64,000 nucleotides of DNA from Lingula anatina (GCA_051362555.1 CM120641.1:5642001-5706000); one strand, 5' to 3'. Positions 49,516-63,301 are shown, numbered from the stretch's first letter. The notes: a model not told the origin generated them from the sequence alone. Made by a program: numbers and translations.

Positions 49516-52500
49516 TTAAATTTCAGCCTCCTCTGTTGTATCTGCTACAAGTACCTCCCGATTTTCATATGTCCAGAATCCATTCAAATCTATCAGTATG
49601 CTGACCACTGTATCTCCTTGTCCGCTGAAGACAAAATATGAATTTTTGAATAAGTTAAAAGTGAGCTGTAAAGGAAGACATTACATGGGATATGTATGCT
49701 GTGGTAGTCATTAATTGCATCAGCTAGAATAATACAAGCGTCTTATTACATACGAGGTTTTCAAGCAACCAACTATGAATTTCATTTAAAAACTCTAACA
49801 TTTAAATACAATTTGATGTTTATATTAAACATACAACATTGTTTGGTGGAACAACCAAAAATGTAATCCTGAAGAAACCTGAAAGTTGTCCAAGTCTGAC
49901 CAAACTCATATGACTTTAATTTTACATCACACAAAGACAACCATTACCTGTTTATAAGATCCTGCAGAGTTATTTTGAGGGGATCGGCAGGTTTCACCAT
50001 GTCAAAGATCTCATCCTTAACATCATGAAAAGACACTGGCTCTTGTCCATGCAACTTCATTTGTTCTTGAATAGCCTAAAAATAGCAGGTGTCTTGATTC
50101 TGCTTCATCAAATCTGAGTATTTATAAGTTATTAGAACAACTTCAACCATCTACTCTGGTAAGTACACGTACTTCACATGCCTTTTATAAAATGTTACAG
50201 CATGCAAAGTTTTTTTAAAAATTAACAATAAATTCCACTATCTAGCATCACAGACCAAAAAATTACAACGGGATATTACGTATTAAGTCCACTCCATTTG
50301 TTCAACACTTAGCATGCTTCCAGGCAAGTAGGGTAGATCTTTATCCATGCTACCCATCTCGACAGGTCATCTCATCACAATAAGATCACATTTAAAAAGA
50401 CCCATCCAATGGCATTCAATCTCAACTAGAATGCCTGTGTTCATCAAAGCCAATAAATTTGCTGAAATGGATTGTGCTGATTTAGATTCTACCTAACTTG
50501 ACTGGAAACATATATAATGTTGCATAGAAAAGTCAATCATTTCAGGGTAAAGAAAAAGGATACACTGACAAAAACATTTTTTTATACTACACTCACCCTA
50601 AAGAAGTAATTTAATGAAAACACAATCAGTTCTCCTTTTCCCTGGACATCTAAGATCCTAAACAGGTACTGCAATGCTTGTGGCTCTTTTCTATTTTCCA
50701 GGGCAAGTACAAAGTCTAAGTATGTTTTGTAGTCCTGAATTGAAAAAATTAGAGCTAAAACTACTAAGACGTATAGAAAACAGTGAGCACTGACAAAATT
50801 TCATTATAAACACCATCACTTTTCAAAAAGTGGTAACAGACAATTTTTAGCAAATGGTAAAGTAGGTAGTTTATATCATTTAATACCATATATAGACCTT
50901 TGAATGACTTATTTTTATATAGACCTTTGAATGACTTACCATTTCTCCATCATATGTAAGGCACTCTTGGAAGACCCGGTCTAAAAATACATCGGTCAAA
51001 GTCCCTGTGCCATACCTATCAGAAAAGAAACCAGCAGGTAAGATTGAGATTGGTGAGGATGACACTGAAAAAAGTTGAACCTTATTTTGTTGGTAAGTAA
51101 AACTATTACTGTCATCATTGGCATAGTAACAATCTCTACATTTCCATGATGTGTGTGCCTGAATTTAAACCTATTTCGATAAAGTGCTTTATGGTAAATA
51201 TAACAGACTAATTGAAGTCTAATTTCAAGCTAGTTTAAATAGAGTCGAGCCTTAGACCCCATTTCCAGTGATTAGATCGATCTACTTTAGATCGACCTTA
51301 CTCCCTGGGGGTTCACGCTAAATAGCTGTCAGCCGAGCGGACACGAAAGTTAATTACCCCCTTACAGCTTGTAGTAGGCAGGACGGACATTTAAGCCGGA
51401 TTATCTGACAGTAATCTAGTGAGACTCCCCGTGGGGACAGATCGATCTAAAAGCTCTGGGAATACGCCCTTAAACAGATATGTGAAATCACTTTTTAGAT
51501 AGGTGTGACCTGCCCAGTCTTACCTTGCCAGTTCCTCCTTACTGAGCATTCCGTTGTGATCCTTGTCTAAATTCAAATACTGGCCATACACCCTGAGAGC
51601 AGATGGTGCAGAGAACCAGTTTGACTCCTGCATCTCTTTGGACAGCTCTTCATCTCGCAACTACAAAATGAGAGGAGGAATGACTCCATAACACTGGTCA
51701 ACCTGTACTGAAACTAGGGGCGCATTCACAATGTAATTAGGTAGACTAATCTAACTCTGTGTGATCTTTCACTTAATGAAATCAGATTCAGTGAATGACA
51801 GGCCTCCATAGCATGATTAACTTTCCTGTGCATACAGTTACACTCAAAATGAAGTGAAAAAACTTCCAGAAGCCAGGTGCACATGAAAGTCAATCACCCC
51901 CTGTGGACACTGCTTCGTCATTGAATCCATTAAAACTGGACATCTAGTATCTGTCACCTTACATAAAATGTTGACTTTTTTTCAATTAAAATATTAACAA
52001 ATATGCCTAAAAGTAAAAAATTCACAATTTTAATCATGACACAATATTACTGCGGGGTTCACTTTTTGTTAACAATTCACCTGACTTTCAAGTTAAATGC
52101 AAATAATTATTTTTTCAAAAGCTTTCAATTTTTTAATTACCTCTAACAGATCATCTAAAAAGCTACAGGCAAGAATGTCTTGAATCTTCACTCTTCCTGT
52201 CCGCAGTGGATCCAGGAAGAAAAAGAATTTCCGCACAGCAGTGCACACATAAAATGAGTAGAAGGATTTCTCAAGTCCATCAAGCTGCAAATAATATACC
52301 AAACAGCGCTTATGAAAAATGAACAAAACATTTGTAGTATATCTATTTTTACAAACAGCCATTATAATGAATACTTATTCATCAGGAAGTAATCTGAATT
52401 CGAATTATTTGACTATTGAGCAGATATTGAATCAGTTTTAACATAACTCATTATTATCTTAGGGATTTGAGAGGGGGAGATTGCATTATACTGTTTTTTG

Positions 52501-55254
52501 GAGGTGGGGCTTAATAGTGAAAATACTGATTATGGTTAGTTTAAAAAAAACCTACCTGTGGTAATGTGGGTATTAGTTCTAAAATGTAATTCTCAAGGTC
52601 CTAAAAATAGATAAATTTCAAAATCAATTCATGGATAAATGAAGTCAAAATAAGTACTGCAAACATTTTACGTTTAATCATTTCAATTCACACCATAACC
52701 ATTAAGTGTGAAACATACGCTTTTTCTGGATAAGACAAAACAATGCCAGACAACAACAGAAACTAAACAGAGGTTAACATGTCTGAGACACAACTTTGGG
52801 ATTTTCTGTCATCTGGTGGTCTTAAGATGCCCGTATGTTTCAATTTTGGTCAAATACTGATTTTCTCCACACAGTCCCAAATACACTGGTCTCCTTGTCA
52901 TAAGATTGTTATCACTATATATCCGTCACATAATTCACCCACCAATGCTACACCCACAAAAAATCCTACTTTAAAATTCACTTCAATGCAGTTAAGACAC
53001 TGTGCTTTTTTTTTCCTTTTATTTTTTAATCTTTTTCAATCTCTGGTATGAAGACATGTAAAAATATTTCAATGGGAAAAAACATTATTCAGAGAGGAAA
53101 ATACCACTAAATACTGTACAGTAATACATACAGATTCCTTTAGATATCCCTGTCCAGCAACATCATACAGAGACAGACCTATCCTGGTCTGGTGCAGCCA
53201 AACTTTCCGCATCACATAGTTGAAGAACTGCATTATTGAGATTCTGCCATAAGGATCTGTCTGCAACAATTTGGCAAACACAATGGCTGTGAAAAATGGC
53301 CTGAAATGCAAAAATAAATGTCACCATTAGACCCCCTTAAAATGTTTTTTCACAAACTGCAAAGTTAGGTTCACAGTGACTTGGGGCACAGCAGATTTTA
53401 AACAATACAGATAACAATACAGATTATTTCAGAAGGAAAGGAAATTACTAGTAACTGCAGTTGTGATTTGCTACACATGGACAGCCAAATTGTGACACTT
53501 GGAAACTTTGCACCAAAGTATAATTTTAGGTTGCTCACAACAACATAAAAAGTCTAACTAAAAATGATAACAATAATAATTTTATTTATTTGTCCATGAG
53601 TGAGTCTATACATTGCAACCCATTGAGAAAACCCAGCATTATCTCAGAAATACCAACTTGCACTTGGGTCCTGCCTGCTCTCCAACCTTCAGGTAATCTT
53701 CAAAGTTGATCATCTGCTCCTCTCCCACCATAGGGGGTGTATGGTGCTTGTCCAGCAAGAACCACAGACCCTGCAGGATAGATAGTCTAGATTTAGAACA
53801 GTTATTTTAAGTCAAGTAATAAGTGCTCAGATGATCTGTCATCTGTGGGCAACACTCGGGCTGTTCCATCAGCAGGTGTTACATAGACAAAAGGAAGAAA
53901 TTGAATCAGAGATAGCTTCACCCTTTAGCAAATGTATCTGTTAACATAATGCAGACTGAAAGCAGATGACACAATAAGGTGAGGTACTGCAAAGTGCCCC
54001 CCCCTCCCCAGTTATACTCCTATGTGTTGCAAATATCAAAACAGCAAACTGACAATTTTAAACTTCGCAAATGAAACAAGGTAAAAAAAAGTAGTTTGAC
54101 TATTCACTTTTGAATTTCTATATTGAAAACTGGTTTAAACCATTTTAACAATAGAACCTATAACTGCAAAAAAGGAACAAAGGCCAATCAGTCATGGTTT
54201 ACTGGGCACTTACTTCACAGGTTTGACTTAGTATTGTTTTTAGTCTCACTGTGCTCATCCTGTCTTAAGGAAGAAAGTTAATCAGACCTACCTGTAATTC
54301 ATCATTGTCAAGAAGCTCCCTGCTTCTCCTTTGAAGAAATACAGCACGAGATTCTTCCCTGAGCTTCTGGAGTAAAATTTCGTCTTCTGATGGTAACTAT
54401 GAATACAAAAATGTTAACCTTTAATAATGATGTCAATTTTGTTGAAACAATTCAGTGTTTTCTCTTCATGTCCACATATCAGTGTATCAAATTTACCCAA
54501 CTGCAATGCCTAAAATATTGTTCATAAAATCTTATTTCTAGGATATTCAAGCAACAAATTATGCAACACATTGCATTACAGTGTGTTTATTTTTTTGTAA
54601 TCCAATATAATGCCTTAAAGAATGAAAATAAGTATCAAATACTAATAAAAATTATAAACAAAAAGATGAGTTATTAAGAATATGCAGGCATCAAGCCTAA
54701 TATAACCATACAGAATTTGAGAATTTTAAATAAACAAAATACAGAATTTGACTGATAAAATTATTTTCTTTTATCTACATGTCTTCATAAAAAATACTGC
54801 TGCTAACAAACCTTATAATAGAACTTGGGGATCTTTTGATAACTGTCTTGTTTGTATTTTGATGGGCCTTTCCATTCTGTGTAAAGTTTCTTAAAATGCT
54901 CTTTCTCTTCTTCTTTGGATTCTGCACTGGACTTCTTTTCTGAAAGTCACGCCAGGTACAACTTATAAAATTTAAATTTCAAACAGTCATTTCTTATCAT
55001 TTTATTCATGGTTCTATATGAATGACACATAGTTCACAATTGTTCACTTACTTTTCCTCTCCAGGTTTAATGTGCCTTTAACTTATTTGTAGAAGTAGAC
55101 CCCATTTCATGAGCTAAATTATGCATTCGAACATCAAGAGTGGAAAAGTGGGACACGTAATCTGTCCCAACTTTGTGAGAAACGAACTGCAAATGTAATA
55201 CTCACGTTTTCTCTCCACGTATGCCTTCAATGTATTCGTGAGAGTAGAGCTCAT
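49516..55254 (-). CDS. PPP2R3C: Serine/threonine protein phosphatase 2A regulatory subunit B'' gamma, ~446 aa
   Basis: Twelve phase-consistent exons: 55254-55206, 54939-54812, 54396-54292, 53770-53658, 53300-53132, 52600-52556, 52284-52141, 51660-51524, 51015-50940, 50734-50597, 50075-49948, 49624-49516. Diagnostic peptides: ISIMQFFNYVMRKVWLHQTRIGLSLYDVAGQGYL, YVCTAVRKFFFFLDP, NWFSAPSALRVYGQYLNLDKDHNGMLSKEEL, LIDLNGFWTYENRE. Confidence 0.96.
51255..51469. mobile_element. MITE family B, second copy, TTA TSD
   Basis: Highly similar to 11210-11423, flanked by TTA/TTA, in a PPP2R3C intron. Confidence 0.85.
55052..55105 (-). pseudogene. Decayed duplicate of PPP2R3C coding exon 1
   Basis: ATGGGGTCTACTTCTACAAATAAGTTAAAGGCACAT-TAAAC-CTGGAGAGGAAAA|GTAAGT aligns to exon 1 ATGAGCTCTACTCTCACGAATACATTGAAGGCATACGTGGAGAGAAAAC|GTGAGT, with a 5-nt insertion that creates a stop. 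Confidence 0.6.
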
Positions 55255-55299
55255 GTTAGGACCTTCTGCAATCAGACCAACATCGTGAATTCAAATGAA

Positions 55300-55480
55300 C
55301 AATAGTACAAATATAAATGTTTAAACCGAAGCAGCTTCAATCATCACCGTTCTTTCTGCAACAGCGGCAAGAACTAATCAGGCACTGCTATCCAATAAGA
55401 TCGCTCGTAACAAAAGTTTCTGGATTCGTGTCCTTCCGGTTTTATAGACTCAGTGGAAAGGGAAAAGAAAACAGCGGTAT
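55300..55480. promoter_or_regulatory. Putative bidirectional promoter between PPP2R3C and the zinc-finger gene
   Basis: Head-to-head arrangement, CCAAT at ~55392, ETS-like CTTCCGG at ~55433 and a candidate + strand donor (gtatgt) at ~55478. Confidence 0.5.
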
Positions 55481-56387
55481 GTAGTATCTGGGCAATTTCA
55501 TTTTAGCAGTATCCTGCATCTACAATCTCATTAGAATACTGATACCGAGAAAGATATCGGGGCGTGTGTAATAAAGAAATTTATTATCACTTTGAGAGAA
55601 AGACGAAAACGGTGGTCTGTCCACTGTTTCTTTCCTGGAGCCTGGAATGAACTCCCATCCCCAAACCCTCTGGTTAGGTCCCGGAGGCCCAATTCAGTCG
55701 CAAGGGCTTGTCCCAGACTATCTTAACTACTTAGTTAATCTTAATTAATTCCAGACTTAACCGGCCATACAAAACAAGTTCTATATTGAAGTTAAGACCC
55801 CATTCATGTAGACACTTGTTACTAGTTGGTTTGGTCCAATTCTGTGAGGGCTCTTGCTAAGTACATTGTACGTACTGTAGCATTTTAATGTCGAGACGCA
55901 TAGACGCAGCACATGTACTTAGTGTAGTATGCCGCATTTTACTGATGCAAATACGTAAAAATTGAAATCTGTTTTATCACAAAAGTTTGGTGGTTCGGTC
56001 CCGTACCTGTACAATAAATCAGAACCAAATGTTCAGTATTGTTGCATCCCAAGCCAAATGTATACCGATTGTTATCTTGAAACATTGGGCTAAAACAATA
56101 ATGCTCGGGGTAAGAAACCTATATTTCTCAGGTCTCAATTACCAAGTCTCATGTTATACCATATAGTAACTGACACAGAGATCATTGGAAAAACGTAACA
56201 AAAGGCCTAGTGATGAACTTCAGTCCAGAATAACAGAATTTCATTGAATTTCAATGTCTATAAGTTCTAAGCACCTCCCATGTCGTGAAACTTGAACAAA
56301 ATAATATTTTCCTTATTTTAATTTCCTCAGTATGAAGTTCATGGCACGTTACCTTATGTTGACTCAAAAGTTTTTTATTTCAGAATC

Positions 56388-58348
56388 ATGATGAACAACA
56401 AGTACCCACCTTTAGAGTACAATGGCCCCTATCCCATCAACCAACTCCTCCGAGCCAGGGAAAAATTGATTTTTCACATGGAAAGAAGCTGCAGTAGTAG
56501 GTTCCAGAAAATAAAAAACAAATTAGGATTTGGAGTTCCGTATTATGAGAAATATAGGAACAAGGATCCGACTACACACTGGAATCTCTCTAGAGAAGAG
56601 AGCAACACCATGGATTCAAAACCTGGGAGTAACACAAATAGTGAGAAGGTAAGTATGTATACAATGTATAAGTGATCACGGTAATTATTTACTTATTTCA
56701 TGCAACCTTCATATATTTTTCTAAAAATAATTTATTAAGTAAAGTTCCAAAGAAGATGATTCACTATTGAATTTGGTAGTTGACCAAGACACAGTATTTT
56801 TTTTTTTTTTTTTTTTTTTTGGGGGGGGGGGGGTAAAAGACAAAAAAGGTTTAAAGTTGAGGAAAATAATGTACTGTGGAAACAAATTGAAAGGCCCAAC
56901 GGGAAATGACCATGTTTTTTGTAAATAGATTTTAAACTTTATAATTCTTCAGAAACCAGGGAAGATGGAAACAACTTTGAGCGAGTCAATGAAAGGGAAA
57001 AGAAAACACATTGATGACAGTGATCGTGGTAGATCAGATGTTGAACCCAGTGCCAAAAGACATAAAACTGACACACATGTTCCCTTACAGAGGACTATCC
57101 GTAACAAATTACCAGATGGAAACGAACCAAGAGTTGTCAATGGCCCAGTCACTGGTTCAAGCAGTATAAATAGCACAGAAAATGGTCATATATTCTTTTG
57201 CTTCAAATGTGATTTCTGCCCATTTTCTACACGTCACTATCGTCAGGCAGAAACACATTTGAAAGAGAATGCTCATTTCTCAGCCAGTTTGTATAAAGCC
57301 CGTTCACTAAGTCATGATGGGCAAGTTATTCAGTCAGAACGCCAAGATCTCGAGGAGCCAGTCCTGATGTTTGTAGTCAAAAAGATGGCTGTAACCAACC
57401 AAAGTGCCAGATGTCAAGCATTAGTGGCTGTCTGTCCAGAGTGTTCTAGTATTTTTGAGGACATCTTTACGTGCAGTATCCATTACCAAGAGAGACATCA
57501 AAGTAAATTGTTGTTTTCATATTTGAACTTTTCTTTTTCAATTTGTAATGTATGTTTTAAGTCCAGGCAATGCATGTAAAAATAAGTGTTTGATAATGAA
57601 ACGATATATAAGTGTTGTCAATGATATTATTTTCTAGAGCAATGAATGCAACGAAAAAATCCTTGCAGCATAGCAAAGATGCTTCCTACCTGTTCATTAC
57701 AATATAGTTTCCATATTGATGTATATTTCTTTTGCAGCATTCACTGCTTAACTTTGTTTTGTGTTACATTTAAGATCAGTTTCATTTCTTTTTGTAGGGG
57801 AAGTAGAAGCCAACAATGCACCTCAAGGGTGTTATGCCATTTGTCGTATCCTGAATGTCCAGACCTTAGGACTGAAGCATTTACAGTGCACCAAGTGTGA
57901 TAATGATAAGATTTTTAAGAACCGAAAAAAGTTACGACAACATTGGAAACAGAAGGGACATCACCCATTTCCTCCTTCAGAGAAACCTGTCCTTAGGCTC
58001 TTTTTGTGTCCATACTGTAACAGGAGCACGCAAGTTTTTGATAGCTGTTATAAACATATAAGGGTGTGTCAGTTTGGTTTAAGATCTAACAGTAGTGCTC
58101 ATGTAGAAAATGATTACCAAGAAATGATTGTCAAACATATTTTGCATCCAGAAAATACAAAGACATTGAAACTTCTGCCTTCATTGCATGAGCAAGAATT
58201 AAAAGAGAAGCCTAATGTTTGCTTCAACTCAAAGGATTTGAAAGGTGGGCATATGACAAAAAATTGTCAAAAAGTTGTCGACACAAAACATTGCACCAAA
58301 AAAAGAAAAAAGAGCAGATATAGGAAACGAACATTTAATGCCATGTAA
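56388..58348 (+). CDS. Uncharacterised C2H2-type zinc-finger protein (~453 aa)
   Basis: Phase-consistent exons 56388-56648, 56953-57502 and 57798-58348. Four spaced fingers (CDFC..H..H, CPEC..H..H, CTKC..H..H, CPYC..H..C) and a basic NLS-like tail KKRKKSRYRKR. Confidence 0.75.
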
Positions 58349-58951
58349 ATAACACTTTCCTCTATACAGGGATGTTGGAGTTTTGTATTCATTAGAGAAA
58401 ATTGTCACTAAGAGAGTGTTTGTCTTTTTATTATTTTTTTTTTTCAGTAACTTAATTTTTTCTTGCTTGTTCTGTTGAAAATCTTTGCTAAGCCCTGAAA
58501 GTTTCAGAGGGCAGTCTAATGAATTTCAGGCAGAATTAGCCAAATCGTATCTATTTGACTTATCAAAATACCACAGAGCCACCATGGTGAAATCGGCATC
58601 CAAGCAAATAAGGTTTCTGAACTCCTTGCTTAGTTTCAAAACTGAAGAACTGATGTTAGATATCTTGTGACTAAGACATTCTGTTTAGCTAAGATGGCCT
58701 TTGACTAAAAGTTTGTCTTTGTTTGCATTTAGACTATATAAGACTGAAAATTATTTTTATTAGAACCACCAGGTATTTTGTTACTAAAGGCTCCATTGTT
58801 TCTAAGTCAAATAGCCATCTTAACGAATTATAAGTCTCAATTCAGGAGGTCCTAGGTTATGTCAGAGTGTCCTACATTTTTCTTTGGAAACCCCTCATAA
58901 CAGACTTAGAGTCCCATGCTTTCAGTAAATGTTAGAAATATTTGTGATATA

Positions 58952-59118
58952 CAGGGGCATATCTAGATATATTTTTTGACAGTCTTCCAAAATATCTTTG
59001 TAAATCCATCCTCCATTTTTGAACGTCTTCGTGAAAAAAATAGGTTTCCTTCAACTTAAACTTGAAAAATTCCAACCATCTTCCGGAAGACCAAGAAGAC
59101 GGTATCCATCCACCCCTG
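58952..59118. mobile_element. MITE family A, diverged copy
   Basis: CAGGGGCATATC...ATCCACCCCTG with the internal GTCTTC/GAAGAC motifs shared with 10956-11123 and 63618-63784. TSD not intact. Confidence 0.7.
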
Positions 59119-59296
59119 GACTATATCAGACGCGTTCCACATTTTAAGTGACATCAGAAGACCAAGAAGACAGTATCCATTCACCCCTGGACTATATCAG
59201 ACGCGTTCCACATTTTAAGTGACATCAGAAGACCAAGAAGACAGTATCCATCCACCCCTGAACTATATCAGATGTTTTCTGCCTTTAAAATGACAC
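59086..59296. repeat. 71-bp tandem repeat, 3 copies
   Basis: CACCCCTG anchor at 59111, 59182 and 59253. The unit is the MITE right end plus ~38 bp of flank. Confidence 0.9.
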
Positions 59297-60839
59297 CCTC
59301 CCACCCTCCATCTCTTCAAAAATACTTTCGCTTTGCTTTATACAATTTATGCTGACTTGAAGGACATTAAGATACCCATACAAATGAAATCAGCTATACA
59401 ACATATTTTAGGATGATTTGTCCTTATGTCAACCAGAGGCAAAAACAGTCCCTATGGCATGTTATGTACCTTGTTATTGAGTTATGGATGATTGCAGTTT
59501 CCTTTATGTTATAGTCACTGTGATTGTTAGAGTTTTCACTGTATAATTATTTATTTTATTAAAATTATTATTTAAGTCATTTATAGTGTTGAGGGTAAAC
59601 AATTGTGCAAAGTTAACAAATTTGTGCTCAATAAACATTCTTATTATTATTATAGAGAATTTGACTGCAGATGATTAATTGATTTGACACAACTTTTGTT
59701 TACTTGTGAACCTGAGAGGCATTTCTCAATGCCTATGCCTAGAAGGGTCCAGGAAATCAATCTCGACCTGTGAGGAAATTGCAATGCACTTCAAGAAATT
59801 ATCTTTCTATATACAAAGTACATTGAACTTGGTGACATGTTCATTAATGTTTTACCTTTTTGACAGCTTTGTTTCTGTTCAGCTGTAAGAGATTGGGGGA
59901 TAATGATGGTGATGGATTGGCCTTTTTGTTGCAGGTGCAATCATAGCTTAATCAATTTCTGTGAAAATGGATTGATCAGCACAAGGTCCTTACTGCTCTG
60001 CCCATGTGTATGTTAAAGGAGGTCTGGATATCTCAAACATTTTCAAAATGTGTGCAATAAACTCCAAAAGCAAATCCATTGGAACAACGATGGAATCATT
60101 TTTGTTGTACAATTTTTTTCAATTTGTTGTAAAATGGAAAGAATTGTTAATCTATGTCATTTTGATAAACATTTTTGGAAATTACTTTAATACTTGATTG
60201 ATGTAGGATTGTTCCTAGTATTTTATGACAAAACAGTTTGTGTCACATGCAATTTTTATTGTGAGTTGCTGCATTAAGATTTAAGCATTTACATTATCAA
60301 AATTAGCATAAAAATAAGGTTAATATGAACATTTGTGGTACTCAAAGTAATGTGGCAGTGTCATTTTTGTTATCATAGTTAAGTTAGCACCATTTGTGAA
60401 ATTAAACAAAGGGAGATGTTTCTATCCTTTATTAGAACTCAGTGTAGTCATGGAACTACACAGTGTAGGAAAATAATTGCTGTCACTGAAAAGTAATGAA
60501 AATACTTGCTGGAGTACTTCACCAAATTAAAATAATCCTCTTAATTAATTAATTTATTTATTTATTATTAATTTTTTTTTACGTCGGGTTGTCTGATAGT
60601 TGTTTGGTATTTCTAGTATGTAGTTTAACCTGGTATTAAAAAAATGTAAAAGATCAGTTTCAATAGTGAATAACCAGCAACCCCAAAATAATATAAAAAA
60701 AATAAATAAACACAAAGGAGCAAGATATATATTATAAATGTCAAAACTGATAGAAGCAATGACATTATAATAGACAACCAATGTAACAATCAAAGTGCAC
60801 AAAAGTTTTTTTTTTCAACTGTAATGCAATATTAAAAAA

Positions 60840-62850
60840 TTCCCGAGGAGGGGGGGGTCCTATTTACGAATCGTTGCTTGACTTGTCCCTGCACTTTAAT
60901 GCATTTTTTATGTACAGACACAGCCATTATTGTAGAATTTATGCTGTTTTTTCACTTTTTAGCATATATGCAACACTGTTAACACATTTCAAGGAAAACC
61001 GATAGGCCTGTTGTCATGAAACTCACAGGAGTAATCAGTCTTACTAAAACGCAGATCAAGTTCGAAAATCGGCATGATTGGGCCATTATTGTAGAATTTA
61101 TGCTGTTTTTTCACTTTTTAGCATAAATGCAACACTGTTAACACATTTCAAGGAAAACCGATAGGCCTGTTGTCATGAAACTCACAGGAGTAATCAATCT
61201 TACTAAAACGCAGGTCAAGTTCGAAAATCGGCATGATCGGGCCACTATTCATGCTAGTTATTTATGCTAGTTATTTATGCTAGTTATGCTGTTTTTTACA
61301 CTTTTCAGCATATATGCAACACTGTAAACACGATATAAGAAAAACAGATGGGCCAATTGTCATGAAAGTCACAGGAGTGGTCAATTTTACTAAAATGCAG
61401 GTTGAGTTTGTAAATCAGCATAATCGTGCCATTCTTTTAGAAGGTATGCTGTTTTTTCACATTTCCTCAGATTCAATTTTTAGGCATGTTAACAGTCTCA
61501 TTATTAAACTAATAAGATACTTGAAAGTGTTTGTTTGACATTTCCTGCATCTTTACAACATTGTTAGTTGATTTTGTAAAAATGATGGTAAACATGTTAT
61601 CGTGTATTGTGTAATAAAGTTTCAAAAATGGAAATAAACTCATATCATTGCAGTTTGTCAGATTCAATCATTCACTATGTTCAGAATCTCTGAATGGAAG
61701 AAATTGGACATTTAACACTGCTCTATTGATATTTTTCTCATCAATTTTCTTAGTTGATCATATAAAAATGGCAGTAAACTGTTAATTTTGTTTTATGTTA
61801 AAAATTGTTATAAATGGGGAAAAAAACATTTCAGAACAGTGCTGTCTTGTTTACATTTTGGCATTTTCAAGTTGTGACTTTGAAGTTCCATGGGCCTGAA
61901 GACCTTTGCTAGTCACATTTTCTGAATATCCATGATACTAATATTTTATTATTAAAAATTGATGGTCATTATGCTGTTAAACATTATGTAATATTGCATC
62001 AAAATTTGAAAAAAAAACTATTTTGGGCACTGCTCCCATGATTACCTTTTAAGAAAAACCATGTCACTTACTGTTTTCAAACTTACAGGAAAGAAACATG
62101 GAACTAAAATACAGCTTCAGTAGGCAATGCAATCTGCCAGTTAAACAGTTTTTTGTGAAAATTTAATTTTTCACATATTGGCATTTTCAAGGTGTGACTT
62201 TGAAGTTTCACATGCTTGAAGACCCAGGCTAGTCACATTTTCTGAAAATCCATGATACATATATTTTGTTATTAAAAATTGATTGTCATTATGCAGTTAA
62301 CCATTATGTAAAATTGCATCAGAATAGGAGAAAACACAATTTTGGGTGCTGCTGCCATGATGACCATTATGGGAAAACCATGTTACTTATGATTGCCAAA
62401 CTTTCAAAAAAGAAATACAGGACTAAAATGCAGCCTGAGTTGGAAAAGCAGTCTAATCGACTTCTTTTTCTGGAAGTTTTACATTTTCAAAGTGTGAACT
62501 TGAACTCCCATGGGCTTGAAGCCTTATGCTTGTTTCACATTTTACTTACATTGGTATTACCTGTTGAGCATAATTAAAATTTGATGTTGAATTTGCAGTT
62601 TAACATAATGTACTTTTGCATCAGAATTGACAGTAGCCTATTTTGTTATTTCCTGCTTTTTGTCTGTACATTTGACAGCTTTGCTGCCTTGTTTTAATTA
62701 ATGATTTAATTTTAAATGACTGGGACACCTTTTAGGTCGCCATGTCTCCCTGCACTTTCCAGCAGGAACTATTGACATTAGGTATTTTTATCTGAAGGGT
62801 TTTATAGTTTTTTTAGGTCTGAATTGGGAAAGATCAGAAGATTTGCAGGA
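60840..62850. repeat. Composite repeat region: 159-bp tandem units (~3.5 copies, 60923-61470) and ~300-320-bp diverged units (61860-62630)
   Basis: GCCA(T/C)TATT anchor at 60923, 61082 and 61241. TTTTCAA..TGTGA.TTGAA anchor at ~61864, ~62184 and ~62484. TCCCTGCACTTT occurs near both ends. Boundaries are uncertain. Confidence 0.7.
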
Positions 62851-63085
62851 CATTTAGACAGAAAATATGACTTTGAGAAAATTTTGTATGCGCACAGTGT
62901 ATGCGCTAATTACGCGCTACTACTCCTGATATGGTGGTCATTCAAAAAGTGTAACTAGCACAGGACACTAGACCGAGGAATTTCAAAGTCATACCTAGAA
63001 AATACCAATGTTTTGTGAAAAATCAAATATTTTAAAATACGTCATTATACATAAGCTTGGTTTTTCAAACTCTAGTTGTATATTA

Positions 63086-63251
63086 CAGGGGCGTAACCAG
63101 GCATACGCACGGATGCACTGTGCGTACAATTTTTTGAGCCAACCATGATATTATTCTCCATAAATTCAGTGTATTTTTCACGGAATATAATCGTACCTGG
63201 GAATTTTCAAAATCTGTGCGTACAATTTTAAATGGTCTGGTTACGCCCCTG
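63086..63251. mobile_element. MITE family C (hAT-like), TIR CAGGGGCGTAACCAG
   Basis: Perfect 15-bp TIRs, with flanks TATTA / CATTA (5-bp TSD with one mismatch). Confidence 0.85.
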
Positions 63252-63263
63252 CATTAGTCCTAT

Positions 63264-63301
63264 CAAGGAGTTATAACAGTTATAACTGTTATAACTCCTT
63301 G
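63264..63301. mobile_element. 38-bp perfect palindromic micro-element with 7-bp TSD
   Basis: CAAGGAGTTATAACAGTTATAACTGTTATAACTCCTTG is its own reverse complement. GTCCTAT flanks it at 63257-63263 and 63302-63308. Confidence 0.8.

Noticed and set aside
50889-50938. 28-bp tandem duplication beside a PPP2R3C donor
   Set aside because: The second copy lacks the GT dinucleotide, so no alternative donor is created.
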